From assembly GCA_963678485.1 (NCBI GenBank), contig OY782882.1:1754922-1818921 (forward strand): DNA of 64,000 bases, in the 5' to 3' direction. The DNA is from Bacteroidales bacterium. Lineage in GTDB: Bacteria > Bacteroidota > Bacteroidia > Bacteroidales > CAIWKO01. The notes beneath the pieces were generated by a model. It was not told the origin of the DNA. It saw only the letters and a list, made by a program, of their open reading frames with translations, and ran no database searches. How positions within the stretch are numbered: the stretch's first letter is position 1; each line of letters begins with the position of its first letter. Both the position numbers and the translations under genes were made by a program. Positions 19,662 to 29,740 of the stretch are shown piece by piece.

Positions 19662-21178
19662 AATTGCCCTTTCATACTTAATTCGTACTTATCATTATCG
19701 CTCAAACCTTCCCCTGCAAAAAATTCATAATACATGGCATTGTGATATCCGGCCAGCTTTTCAGAGAGTTCCTTGTCATTCATAGAATTTAATCCTTGAA
19801 CGATTTCCTGCGGAGTTATCGTTGATAGCTTTAGAAAAACCAATTCATTATATGCCTCAACTTGCAACTGCGCAATAATTGTTTCGATTCTTCGCTGATG
19901 ATGCTTCAACGTTTCATCGTCCTCAATTACTGAAGAAAGTTCAGCCCAAAACCTCTCTTTTGCCCTATTTATAAGCGTTTCCAATGAACCTGCTTTCTCC
20001 TTTATGGCACTTTCTCTCAATGCAGCCTTGACGGCCCATGCATTAATCAAATCTGTCACTGCATCATAATTCCTAGAATTGATACGTGTTCTGAAATCAC
20101 TTCCCTTAAACTGATAAGGAACCAAATGTGAATGCAACAATCTTAGCTCATCGGACTTCATTGTCCACAAAGCCAAAGATGCGGGTTTGAAGACAACGTG
20201 ATAGCTTAGCGTAGCTTTATAACGATTGGCAAACTCAATAAAATCGGGAAGTTCATAACGATTAATCTGAAGAGGACACACAAGAAAGCCAAGCGATGTA
20301 TTGTGTTTCTGGGTATATTCAAAAAATATCTGGATGTTCTTAATTGCATTTTCAAAGGTTGCATTTCTGCGTATTTGCTCATAGATATCCTTGCGCAGCG
20401 AATCTATAGAAACATTAAAACTCAACTTCAATTTCCCTTGCAATAACGCTTGTACGGTACTATTCATCGTATTAGCGTTGGTCGTAATCAACAAGTCCAA
20501 AGAGGGATTTACCTTTTCAATCTTCGACCACAACTCTTTATATATCGGAATTAAAAAAGGGTCGCCCCCAGTAAATTCTGCGGCCCGAAGATGCAGCAGA
20601 CAGAAATCGAATTGCTTCACAAAGTTAGCATCAACAATGCTTTCGACCTTCGTTTTATGTTCGCGGTTTGCACGAATAGAAGATGACAATTCCCCACAGC
20701 ACATCACACATTCCAGCGCACATTCATTTCCCAGTTCAAGCTCTGCGATTGCAGGAAATCCGCCATTTTCAGCAGCATGATGATCATATTTAGCCGCAAG
20801 GATACTTCCAAAATTCTGGTTTTTTAAGTGTCCCCGACAAAAGCTGCACTCATCTGGAATAATGCCCTCACTCATTTGCGTTCTCAGTGCCCTAAAATCC
20901 TCGCCGTTCCATATTTCCTCAAGACTTTGTCTTTTTAATGACGCATTGGTTTTGCAGGCATAACATGGTGAAACCCGGCCATCGTAAGAAACAAAAATAC
21001 TACGGAAAGGAGCATAGCAGAAATATTTACGCGGACCATAGAACCGCTGACGATTATAAGCTAGCCCGTGTGCTTCTAAGCCTTTGTTTTTAACCGGATT
21101 CTTCGTCCCCATGAAGAGATTCACTGCGCGCAAAATGCCAATAGCAATGGATTTAATTTGGGAACCGAGGGTAGTCAT
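19655..21178 (-). CDS. radical SAM enzyme with N-terminal SPASM/twitch-like Cys module (A3)
   Basis: 507 aa. CYAPFRSIFVSYDGRVSPCYAC...EIW...CSFC, then CALECVMC and GGDPFLI, with a helical tail. Confidence 0.85.
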   Translation of the reverse strand: MTTLGSQIKSIAIGILRAVNLFMGTKNPVKNKGLEAHGLAYNRQRFYGPRKYFCYAPFRSIFVSYDGRVSPCYACKTNASLKRQSLEEIWNGEDFRALRTQMSEGIIPDECSFCRGHLKNQNFGSILAAKYDHHAAENGGFPAIAELELGNECALECVMCCGELSSSIRANREHKTKVESIVDANFVKQFDFCLLHLRAAEFTGGDPFLIPIYKELWSKIEKVNPSLDLLITTNANTMNSTVQALLQGKLKLSFNVSIDSLRKDIYEQIRRNATFENAIKNIQIFFEYTQKHNTSLGFLVCPLQINRYELPDFIEFANRYKATLSYHVVFKPASLALWTMKSDELRLLHSHLVPYQFKGSDFRTRINSRNYDAVTDLINAWAVKAALRESAIKEKAGSLETLINRAKERFWAELSSVIEDDETLKHHQRRIETIIAQLQVEAYNELVFLKLSTITPQEIVQGLNSMNDKELSEKLAGYHNAMYYEFFAGEGLSDNDKYELSMKGQLW

Positions 21179-21290
21179 AAAATTGAAATTTGGTCGATGT
21201 CTAAAGGTTTATGAGAAATGGCAACAAGTGTCAGTGAATTTAGTATTATGAGTGTTATGACAGCTGAACAAAGTTAGGAAAATATGGCTA

Positions 21291-22652
21291 TCAGAGGTCA
21301 TTTTCAATGGTCTTCATCATATTAACAACATAAAGATATTTATCAAGTATTTTTCTATTTAACAATTCCTGACTAAGCTCTGGCAACATTTTCACAATCT
21401 CTGGTATTGGAGTGTCAAGTAATGAAAAATAAACAAGATCAATTTGAAAACCCGGCAGCTCGTGTGATTTGAGGGCATTGATTTGACGTTCAAACCAGAC
21501 TTTATCAAAGCGGGCAAACTGAGAATTCTCAAGCAAAAAGGCGTTCAACAAAACAAAGAATGTTTCCTTTTTTTGTTGCACCAGGGCAAGAATTTCTTCG
21601 GCATTTTGTCGCTTTGCGGGAGCTTCTGACGCCCATTGCCTGAGTTGGCCCAGCATGGTGGCAAAGACGATACGATTTACCTCAGCAACCCTTCCCTTGC
21701 CAGAAATCTCTTCCTTTTCAAAACAATGAATAAGCATTTCAATCTTTGCTTTATTCATTTTTTTTATAGACAGATATTCCGGAACCTCAACATAATTAAT
21801 ATATACGACAATATCGTGCTGATTGCAAAAGCGAAACAAGTCAGGAAACTCTTGCCAATTGAGCGACATTAAACACATGCATGCGGAGAGATTTATTTTC
21901 CCCTGCTCATTCAAGGAAATGAAATAATCCAAATGCTCCTTGTATTTGCTGAACGTTGCACCAATGCGAATCTTTTCGTAAGTGTTTGTCTGCAGGCTAT
22001 CCAGCGAAACATTCAAATCAAAATTTCCCCTTTCGAGCATCCTTCGATGTTCAGTGGAAAGTACTGTCGCATTTGTAGTTGCTCCAATATGCAATGCATG
22101 ATTAATGCTTCGAAGACGCTCCCAAAAATCATGATAACGAGAGATAAGAAATGGCTCTCCTCCACGAAAATGCGCCTTGATTAAAGCTGGTGCATACTTA
22201 TCGAATGCAGTAAAAAATGCATCATCATAGGGCGATTTATAATTACTACACACACCATCACTGTATGGAATTGAAGAAGAAAAATACGGGCTGCACATAA
22301 TGCAATTTAAATTGCAGCGATTATCAAGTTCGAAATCGATATAACGAGGTCTGTAATCACTCAACAGCGGATAGGCTTTGTGAAAATTTATAAATGCTGC
22401 TGCTTCGGTACCTTGCGTCAAATGCTGCTTGCATTGCTCACAGCCCTCAATAAATTTTTCTTTTATAAACTGTATTCTATACTGCTGCATTAAATCGCCG
22501 GAAACAATTTCATCGACGCTTTGAGCAGGATAACTTCCGAGTACTGCATTTCTGTTGGCGAGACAATAGTAAGCCTTCCCTGTCATTGAGAAAAACAGAC
22601 TATTGAAGGGCGCCAGACAAGGTTGCGATGATCGGTGTTTCATTGAAAACAT
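21291..22652 (-). CDS. radical SAM enzyme with N-terminal SPASM/twitch-like Cys module (A4)
   Basis: 453 aa. CLAPFNSLFFSMTGKAYYC...GCEQC, then CNLNCIMC and GGEPFLI, with a helical tail. Confidence 0.85.
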   Translation of the reverse strand: MFSMKHRSSQPCLAPFNSLFFSMTGKAYYCLANRNAVLGSYPAQSVDEIVSGDLMQQYRIQFIKEKFIEGCEQCKQHLTQGTEAAAFINFHKAYPLLSDYRPRYIDFELDNRCNLNCIMCSPYFSSSIPYSDGVCSNYKSPYDDAFFTAFDKYAPALIKAHFRGGEPFLISRYHDFWERLRSINHALHIGATTNATVLSTEHRRMLERGNFDLNVSLDSLQTNTYEKIRIGATFSKYKEHLDYFISLNEQGKINLSACMCLMSLNWQEFPDLFRFCNQHDIVVYINYVEVPEYLSIKKMNKAKIEMLIHCFEKEEISGKGRVAEVNRIVFATMLGQLRQWASEAPAKRQNAEEILALVQQKKETFFVLLNAFLLENSQFARFDKVWFERQINALKSHELPGFQIDLVYFSLLDTPIPEIVKMLPELSQELLNRKILDKYLYVVNMMKTIENDL

Positions 22653-22669
22653 TTATATAGCTCTTTTTT

Positions 22670-24076
22670 TTATAAAATAATCAGCTTTTCGTAACATCCA
22701 TTTTGTTCCAAAAACAATAGTTCTTCCATACGATGCCTTCCCATTGCAAGCCGATGTTCATGAGATTCATTTGCAAAAAGATTTGTAAAGTATGTTAGCG
22801 CTTTCCCTTTGAAAATCAGAAAAACAAAATCTATATTTTTTGTCTGTTCCTGAAATTCAATCTGTAGTTCTTTGACATACATCATCAGACTCTCAACAAA
22901 AAGAGGATTAACACTTCTCAATTCTTCAAGTTGCTGCAAAAATTCAATTTTAAAATTTGCAATTTCCTCGAACAATCCAGCTTCAAACGCTGTTGCATTA
23001 GCTTCCGTATTGCGACGGGTTTTAAGATGACCTTCCAGCATTTCAATAAAATGCAGAAACACCTTGTTGTTTCGTTCAGCAATTTCGGTACTTGCAGATA
23101 ATTCACCAGCAATTGCGCGATACGCGGACAATAGAGATTCGATTTCAACCGCCTTCAACGACCAAATAGCCAGAGAATATGGCCAGTTGAGAATACTTAA
23201 AGACAATATAGAATCATGAGTATTGCAATATTCAAGTAATTTCGGGACCTCCAGCGCATTCAGGCGCATGGGTGTCATCATGATAGTCATGTGATTCCCT
23301 TTAGCCATGCTGTATTCCTGAAAATACTGCAAATTATCAAACATCACATTAAAGTGGCTGTTCCTGCGTATTTGCTCATAAATCTCAGGCGTAAGAGCAT
23401 CCACAGAAACACCCAATTGAATGTGGTACGAATGAAGCCGCTCTTTAATTATGCTGTTTAACACTGTCCCATTCGTTTGAACATAAATGCCAGCTGTCGG
23501 ATTATTACGTTTCATATATGCCCATATTTCCTGATAAAATGGAATCAGAAATGGCTCTCCGCCTGAAAATACGGTAAACTGCACTTTATTAAGAAATGGT
23601 TTTATCTGGTTTAAAAATGCATCTCCAAACGAAATCGGTTTCTCCACGAATCCTGAGGCAGTGATGGTACTTGATTTATTGGAGGCGCACATAATGCATG
23701 ACAAATTACATTCATTGTCAAGTAGGAACTCGATTTGTTGCGGGTATGAGCGTAATGATGCGCCAGGATAAGATTTGCTGGTTTTAATTTTTGAATCGGG
23801 TGACTGACTATTAATCCCATGCTGAATGCAGTTTAAGCATGCCTGGGGCACTTTCCCCTCTCTCATTTCCTGAACCATGTTCCTTCTGATTTCCCCAAAC
23901 CATATATCGTGCATTGATTGCTCAGGAAATTTCCCGATGGTAAAATCATTATTATTATGGCAACAAATTCTTACGTTTCCCTGCTGATCAATCAGCATAT
24001 TATTCAGTGGTGCAGCACACAGCATCTTACGATTCTTGCCGTTTACAAAAGACCTTATGTAATCACCTAAACTCAT
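22670..24076 (-). CDS. radical SAM enzyme with N-terminal SPASM/twitch-like Cys module (A5)
   Basis: 468 aa. CAAPLNNMLIDQQGNVRICC...DIW...ACLNC, then CNLSCIMC and GGEPFLI, with a helical tail. Confidence 0.85.
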   Translation of the reverse strand: MSLGDYIRSFVNGKNRKMLCAAPLNNMLIDQQGNVRICCHNNNDFTIGKFPEQSMHDIWFGEIRRNMVQEMREGKVPQACLNCIQHGINSQSPDSKIKTSKSYPGASLRSYPQQIEFLLDNECNLSCIMCASNKSSTITASGFVEKPISFGDAFLNQIKPFLNKVQFTVFSGGEPFLIPFYQEIWAYMKRNNPTAGIYVQTNGTVLNSIIKERLHSYHIQLGVSVDALTPEIYEQIRRNSHFNVMFDNLQYFQEYSMAKGNHMTIMMTPMRLNALEVPKLLEYCNTHDSILSLSILNWPYSLAIWSLKAVEIESLLSAYRAIAGELSASTEIAERNNKVFLHFIEMLEGHLKTRRNTEANATAFEAGLFEEIANFKIEFLQQLEELRSVNPLFVESLMMYVKELQIEFQEQTKNIDFVFLIFKGKALTYFTNLFANESHEHRLAMGRHRMEELLFLEQNGCYEKLIIL

Positions 24077-24081
24077 GCTGT

Positions 24082-25557
24082 TTAACTTTCGTTGATAAAA
24101 AACTGTCCGCCTGCCTCAAACAATTTCTTTCCGGCAATCTTCCGCAATTGGGATGAATCCTGAGTTTCCAATTCCCTGATAATTGCCTTTACAGGAATTT
24201 TTGCAAGTGCCAAATAAACCAAATCTGTTTCCTGTTCAGTCCCTAATTCCTGAATGGCCTGCTCAAATTTCTGCAACATCATTGCTCCATCGTTATATTC
24301 CTTAAGTTCATTTTTAAGATTTAATAAAAACTCACTTTTTATTCGTTGCATTTCGATGGCAGAAATAGCGGTCTTTTGAGCGCCATCAACATTATGGAGA
24401 TTTGTCGCCATCCATGCTTCAAGTTGTTTTAAAAAGTCTTGAAAGTGGCGATAATTGTCCTTTTCAACAGTTGTTCGTTGTGGTAAATTTGCCAAAGATA
24501 GTTCTCTGATCATCTCATCAAGCTCCGTTGAAGGCATATTCCAAAGTGCAAGATCAAGAGGAGTAATGAGCGTATTGAAGTAGACCCTTCCCTCTAAGGT
24601 GGCAGCCCATGCAGTGAGCTCAGGAAGGTCCATCCAGTTAAGGCGATTCGGAGTAGGAATGATTCCAAAATGCGTTTTCTTACGATGACAATACTCAGCA
24701 AACCATAGCGTATTTTCCATCACTTTTTCGAATTGCGCATTCTTCCTGATGTGCTCGAAACGCCCTTTATTAAGGGAATCTATGGATATGTTGATGCTGA
24801 AATTTCCTTGTTCCAACAGCGTCTTCACTTTATCATTCAACACGCTTCCATTCGTCTGTATGAGAATCTGCAGGCCAGGATTGAGATGAAGCATATTATT
24901 CCAAATATCGTAATAGATTGGAATTAAAAAGGGTTCGCCTCCATAAAATTTTGCTTCGCGCAGATGCGGAATAAAAGACTGCAATTGTGATACAAACTGC
25001 TCATCATAAGGTGATTTTTTCTTTCCAGTGCCTGCGATTGACGAGCTAAACAAATCATTACAAATTACACATTCAAGATTGCAGGTACTATCAAGTTCAA
25101 ATTCCATGGTAATCGGCCATTTCCTGACCTTGTAGCGATCATAAAGGGCATTTTTCGCACCATCGAAATTGTTTGCCAGTAGAAGTGTTTTGCACACTTC
25201 GCAACCATGCGAGAGATCGTTGTTTGCAATATAATTGCGAAGTACGCCTAGTTCGCGGCCTTCCCAGATTTCATTCAATGATTGCTCCGGATATCGTCCC
25301 AAAATATTTTTACGGTTATGGCAGCAGGCGATGACTTCTCCTCCAAAAGCGAAGTACATCATTTTATAAGGCGCATAGCAAAGAAGCGGCTGCGGGCCTA
25401 ATGGTCTTGAACGATTAAATGCCTTGATTACCGCATCGGATAAGGGATTATAATTTGTAGTAACCGTAGTATTCCCGGCTCTAAACAAGGATTTGCTTAA
25501 ATTTATCCATTTCAGGACTTTTGCTCCGCTCCTCTTCAAAGTATAATTCACGCACAA
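24082..25557 (-). CDS. radical SAM enzyme with N-terminal SPASM/twitch-like Cys module (A6)
   Basis: 491 aa. CYAPYKMMYFAFGGEVIACC...EIW...GCEVC, then CNLECVIC and GGEPFLI, with a helical tail. Confidence 0.85.
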   Translation of the reverse strand: MCVNYTLKRSGAKVLKWINLSKSLFRAGNTTVTTNYNPLSDAVIKAFNRSRPLGPQPLLCYAPYKMMYFAFGGEVIACCHNRKNILGRYPEQSLNEIWEGRELGVLRNYIANNDLSHGCEVCKTLLLANNFDGAKNALYDRYKVRKWPITMEFELDSTCNLECVICNDLFSSSIAGTGKKKSPYDEQFVSQLQSFIPHLREAKFYGGEPFLIPIYYDIWNNMLHLNPGLQILIQTNGSVLNDKVKTLLEQGNFSINISIDSLNKGRFEHIRKNAQFEKVMENTLWFAEYCHRKKTHFGIIPTPNRLNWMDLPELTAWAATLEGRVYFNTLITPLDLALWNMPSTELDEMIRELSLANLPQRTTVEKDNYRHFQDFLKQLEAWMATNLHNVDGAQKTAISAIEMQRIKSEFLLNLKNELKEYNDGAMMLQKFEQAIQELGTEQETDLVYLALAKIPVKAIIRELETQDSSQLRKIAGKKLFEAGGQFFINES

Positions 25558-26888
25558 CCTCCCTTTTCGAAAACAAATGCATTGAGCGTTTCGCGTAATG
25601 CATTTTCATCCATTACATCAAAAAGTTCAGCTAAAAGAGCAGATGAGGCTGTTTGTGCAATTTGAAGAAAACTACGTTTGTTATAGCTAAAATTCGATTT
25701 CCCGATAAGGCAGCTTTCGATTTTTAATTTCAATGCTTGCTGCTGAACATCATTGTTGACTTCACACACATCAATTACACACTTTAGAAAATCCGCTTCT
25801 CCGCACAGATCGCCAGTTTTAGGGTGCAAATGAATAAATGATGCTTCAATCATACGATCGATAGTGCTTTTCAAAAGATTGAAGACGTCTTTATTGTATC
25901 GCTCCACCTCAGTGCTTTCAGGGAAAGACCGCCCTTCCAATTGCTCTTTAAGGTTCTCAAGCTCCGCTGCTCCAAGCTTCCATAAAGCTTGTGAAGGAGG
26001 AAACCAAACATTGCTGAACCAACCTCTGGCATTGTAGGAATTCCAGGCATTAACAATCTCAGCAAATTCATGACAATTCTTTTGCATAGCGCAGGCGGTC
26101 ATCCCCCAAAAGCGATCGTTGCTCAGGCAATAATCTTGAAACCATTCGAGATTAGATTTTACGGCAGATAGGCTACTTCCCTTACGTATTGCGGAATACG
26201 TAGCATCATTAAATGAATCAACAGAAACATTTATGTGAAATTTACCTGATGCCATTAATGTTTTAATGCGATTATTAAGTATGGTTCCATTCGTTTGAAC
26301 TACAATATTGCACTCAGGATTAATCTCAATCAGCATTTTCCAGAGGTCAAAATAAAAGTCAGAAAGAAAAGGTTCTCCCCCGCTAAACCGTGTTTCGCGT
26401 AACTTAGGAGCCCATTGTCGGATTTCATCTAAAAAAGCAGAATTATGGTACACATTCGTGTTGGGCAATTCAGCACTTCTTAATGAAGAAGAAGAAAGAC
26501 CATTACACATGATGCACGCAAGGTTGCATCGGTTATCAGTTTTGAAATCCAATATTACAGCTTGTTCTGCTACGGGTTCATAACGATCATACAAGGCTGC
26601 GCTTCGCACCTTGGAAAACGTATTTTTCGATTCAAGAATACAATATGAACATGAATCGGGAAAGTGCTGTGTTTTTAGATCACGCCGCAGATGGGAGATA
26701 GTTAGAGAATTCCAGATTTCAACTAATCGCTGAGATGGATAATTACCGACAACCACTTTATTATTGTGACAGCAAACCGTCACTCTTCCTCCCGGGCCAA
26801 AGCGCAGACTTTTGGCTGCAGCCTCACATGAAGGCAGTTGATGTTCTGTATCAGACCATAGCAATCGCTTTAATGACAAGCCTTTCAT
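25548..26888 (-). CDS. radical SAM enzyme with N-terminal SPASM/twitch-like Cys module (A7)
   Basis: 446 aa. CEAAAKSLRFGPGGRVTVCC...EIW...SCSYC, then CNLACIMC and GGEPFLS, with a helical tail. Confidence 0.85.
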   Translation of the reverse strand: MKGLSLKRLLWSDTEHQLPSCEAAAKSLRFGPGGRVTVCCHNNKVVVGNYPSQRLVEIWNSLTISHLRRDLKTQHFPDSCSYCILESKNTFSKVRSAALYDRYEPVAEQAVILDFKTDNRCNLACIMCNGLSSSSLRSAELPNTNVYHNSAFLDEIRQWAPKLRETRFSGGEPFLSDFYFDLWKMLIEINPECNIVVQTNGTILNNRIKTLMASGKFHINVSVDSFNDATYSAIRKGSSLSAVKSNLEWFQDYCLSNDRFWGMTACAMQKNCHEFAEIVNAWNSYNARGWFSNVWFPPSQALWKLGAAELENLKEQLEGRSFPESTEVERYNKDVFNLLKSTIDRMIEASFIHLHPKTGDLCGEADFLKCVIDVCEVNNDVQQQALKLKIESCLIGKSNFSYNKRSFLQIAQTASSALLAELFDVMDENALRETLNAFVFEKGGCA

Positions 26889-28354
26889 GTGGTATGGTCG
26901 TTATTGTTTATATACGTTTCCCCACGGGAATAATAGTAAATCGAGCAAAAATTTCCTGCGGTTGTTGGAATATCCTCATTCAAAATCTCAGTAATAATAC
27001 GACTTGCAGGCATCCTCATCACACGGCGAATAAAAAAATCAGTAAAAAAAGATTCAGGCAGACTACTTAAAACAGCTTCTGTTTTTTGCGAAATAATTTC
27101 CTGTTCTGTTGCTGAATGTGCAGCAAAGAAAGGGTCTGTAGAAAGATACGAAATCAATTGATCTTTAAATGCCTTTTCAGATATCAGATAATAATTGAGC
27201 CTCTTTTGAAAATATGCTGATTGTCCGGCCCAACTTTCCAATTGTTGTATTAGAATTTGAATTTGACTGAAAGGCCCGTCACTACTTGGCTTTTCCGTCG
27301 CCAGAAAACAATCTTTTAAATACCTTGCAATGCTTAATAGTTTTTCGTCTTCAAGTGGCCACAGCGCAACTCCAAAGGGTTTTGTAACAAGATTAAAATA
27401 AAGTTGGATCTTTTCTTTGACACAAAATTCAGCAAGTTCAGGAAGTGTTTGCCAGTTCATGTTCATAGGACATGCCGCGATGGTCAGATTTGTTCCTTTT
27501 CTCCGCGTGTAATCGATTAGATATTGCAGGTTTTCTTGTGTCCGCGCGAATGATGCATTAGTGCGGATATGCTCATACACCAAGGTGTCCATTGAATCCA
27601 GCGAAATATTAAATGAACAATTGCCTCTTTCGATGATATTCTTCGCCCTTTCGCCTAGGACTGTTGCATTCGTTGTAATAACAATGCTCATAGAGGGATT
27701 TAATGTCATCATCCGATCCCATATTCGATAGTATGATTCTATCATAAAGGGTTCACCACCGGAGAAAATTGCAAATTCCAGATCAGGAATCAGAAGCTCC
27801 AGCTCCTCGAAAAAGCGCTCATCGTAAATAACGCCCGTGGCCTTCTTTTCTTCAGGATTTGCCAGTCCGGAAGACAAACTACCATTACACATTATGCATT
27901 GCAAATTACAATGACTGTCGATACTAAAGTCCAGATAAACCGGCTTCAGCCGCTCTTCTATAGTAAAATGTTTATAATGCGTAGCGAGCACATTGCCAAA
28001 GTCTCTGTTCAACAAATGTGTTTTACAAAAATCACATTGTCCATCAAGATTATTTTCAAGAATTCTCTTTCTAAGATCTGTGTATGGCTTGCCATTCCAT
28101 ACATCAAGAATTCCTTTATCGCAAACAGAGTCCAGATGATAGTTTTGACAGCAAGGGGTAACACCTCCATTGCGATTGAAGCGCATACTCAGAAATGGTG
28201 CTTTGCAAATGGGCTCATTATCAGAAAGGCCGGCGTATTTGCGATAATCCAAAAGTATGTCTGTAGAAATGCCAGCGTTGCTTTTACGGCTGACAGTCCC
28301 ATAAACACCCGACTTCTTTCTAAAAGGATTCTTCATCTCGTTAATTTCAGACAA
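26885..28354 (-). CDS. radical SAM enzyme with N-terminal SPASM/twitch-like Cys module (A8)
   Basis: 489 aa. CKAPFLSMRFNRNGGVTPCC...DVW...QCDFC, then CNLQCIMC and GGEPFMI, with a helical tail. Confidence 0.85.
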   Translation of the reverse strand: MSEINEMKNPFRKKSGVYGTVSRKSNAGISTDILLDYRKYAGLSDNEPICKAPFLSMRFNRNGGVTPCCQNYHLDSVCDKGILDVWNGKPYTDLRKRILENNLDGQCDFCKTHLLNRDFGNVLATHYKHFTIEERLKPVYLDFSIDSHCNLQCIMCNGSLSSGLANPEEKKATGVIYDERFFEELELLIPDLEFAIFSGGEPFMIESYYRIWDRMMTLNPSMSIVITTNATVLGERAKNIIERGNCSFNISLDSMDTLVYEHIRTNASFARTQENLQYLIDYTRRKGTNLTIAACPMNMNWQTLPELAEFCVKEKIQLYFNLVTKPFGVALWPLEDEKLLSIARYLKDCFLATEKPSSDGPFSQIQILIQQLESWAGQSAYFQKRLNYYLISEKAFKDQLISYLSTDPFFAAHSATEQEIISQKTEAVLSSLPESFFTDFFIRRVMRMPASRIITEILNEDIPTTAGNFCSIYYYSRGETYINNNDHTT

Positions 28355-28360
28355 AATCTA

Positions 28361-29728
28361 TTAACTACGAAATCTCATTACAAATTTCTCAATATTATTT
28401 CTATACAATTCATTAATCACCATAAATGGAGGGAGCATCAATAGTTTCAACAATAACACTCTTCGCTTTTCCTGTTCCATGGCAGTTTCCATCAATGCAT
28501 TCAACGCAGTTACCGAAGATTTCAATAGACGTTCTCTTTCGGTGGCTTCAGTCATTTCATCATTAGTTATTGCCTCTTGAACCATTTGAAACAGCTTAGC
28601 TTCGAGGGCTTCCGTGCGCATGGCCTCAAGAGAATTTTGCGAAAAACTATCCCTGTCCTCACGCCATTGTTCCAAAGTACGAATCATTTCCTTATAGCGT
28701 ATTATGTTGAACCCTTTTATTTGGCTATCATTACTGAAGGAAAATGAACGTAAAAAATTCGCTTGAGCTTCAATCGCCTCAGGCTCCTGAAACCGAAGAC
28801 TGAGATCAAACGGCACCATAGCCAGCTTAGGATAGAGTTGTACACCTTGTGAATGGAAAAACTCGAAGAGTTCGGGTATTTCCATAATGTTCTCTTTCAT
28901 CACCACAAATTTAACAGAAAACAAACGCTGTTTCTGTTTCATAAAATCAATAAGATACCTAATATTGCTCATGGTTTCATCGAAAGAAGCATGTTTACGA
29001 ATACGTTCATAGGTATCTTTCTTAAGACTATCAATAGAAACAGTAAGCTGTATATTCAATGAGGACAAGAGGGCTTTAACTGTATCATTAAGAATAGTCC
29101 CATTGGTAGAAATGGTGATGTTCAATGCCGGATTAACTTTCTCAATTTCGCTCCATATCCAGTAATATTGTTCATTCAGGAAAGGCTCTCCACCGGTGAA
29201 ACTGGCAAACTTAAGTTTCGGTAAATAGGGCATCAATTGTTCGTGAAAGGACTCATCATAGGGATCCGGCCATGCAGCACCTTGTTCTCTGTTCTTACGA
29301 ATGGCTGATGAATACTCACCGCTGCACATGATACATTCGAGATTGCAGCGATTCGATGTTTGGAACTCAATGGAAGAAGGATATCCAGTTAATGATCCAG
29401 CGAGATAATCATACTTCTTACAGCCGGCCGTCTGGAAATTTCCGGCAACAATCTCATCACCACAAAACTGACAGCCTGGAGTGACTTCATAGTTTGAAAC
29501 ATTAGCTCTCAAAGCATCGATACGACGACCTTTCCATGCTTCATCAATACTCTGTTCCGGAAAGGTTCCGATTGAAAAACCCCTGTTATAATGACAAACC
29601 ATCATTTTGCCACTTTGAACGAATAAAAGATTTTGGAAGGGCGCATGACATAAGTGTTCGCATTGGGATTTTTCCCGCAAACCGTTGTATGCATAAAAGT
29701 CTTTTTTCTTTTTATTGGCGCCGAACAT
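28361..29728 (-). CDS. radical SAM enzyme with N-terminal SPASM/twitch-like Cys module (A9)
   Basis: 455 aa. CHAPFQNLLFVQSGKMMVC...EAW...GCQFC, then CNLECIMC and GGEPFLN, with a helical tail. Confidence 0.85.
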   Translation of the reverse strand: MFGANKKKKDFYAYNGLREKSQCEHLCHAPFQNLLFVQSGKMMVCHYNRGFSIGTFPEQSIDEAWKGRRIDALRANVSNYEVTPGCQFCGDEIVAGNFQTAGCKKYDYLAGSLTGYPSSIEFQTSNRCNLECIMCSGEYSSAIRKNREQGAAWPDPYDESFHEQLMPYLPKLKFASFTGGEPFLNEQYYWIWSEIEKVNPALNITISTNGTILNDTVKALLSSLNIQLTVSIDSLKKDTYERIRKHASFDETMSNIRYLIDFMKQKQRLFSVKFVVMKENIMEIPELFEFFHSQGVQLYPKLAMVPFDLSLRFQEPEAIEAQANFLRSFSFSNDSQIKGFNIIRYKEMIRTLEQWREDRDSFSQNSLEAMRTEALEAKLFQMVQEAITNDEMTEATERERLLKSSVTALNALMETAMEQEKRRVLLLKLLMLPPFMVINELYRNNIEKFVMRFRS

Positions 29729-29740
29729 AGTATAAAAGTA

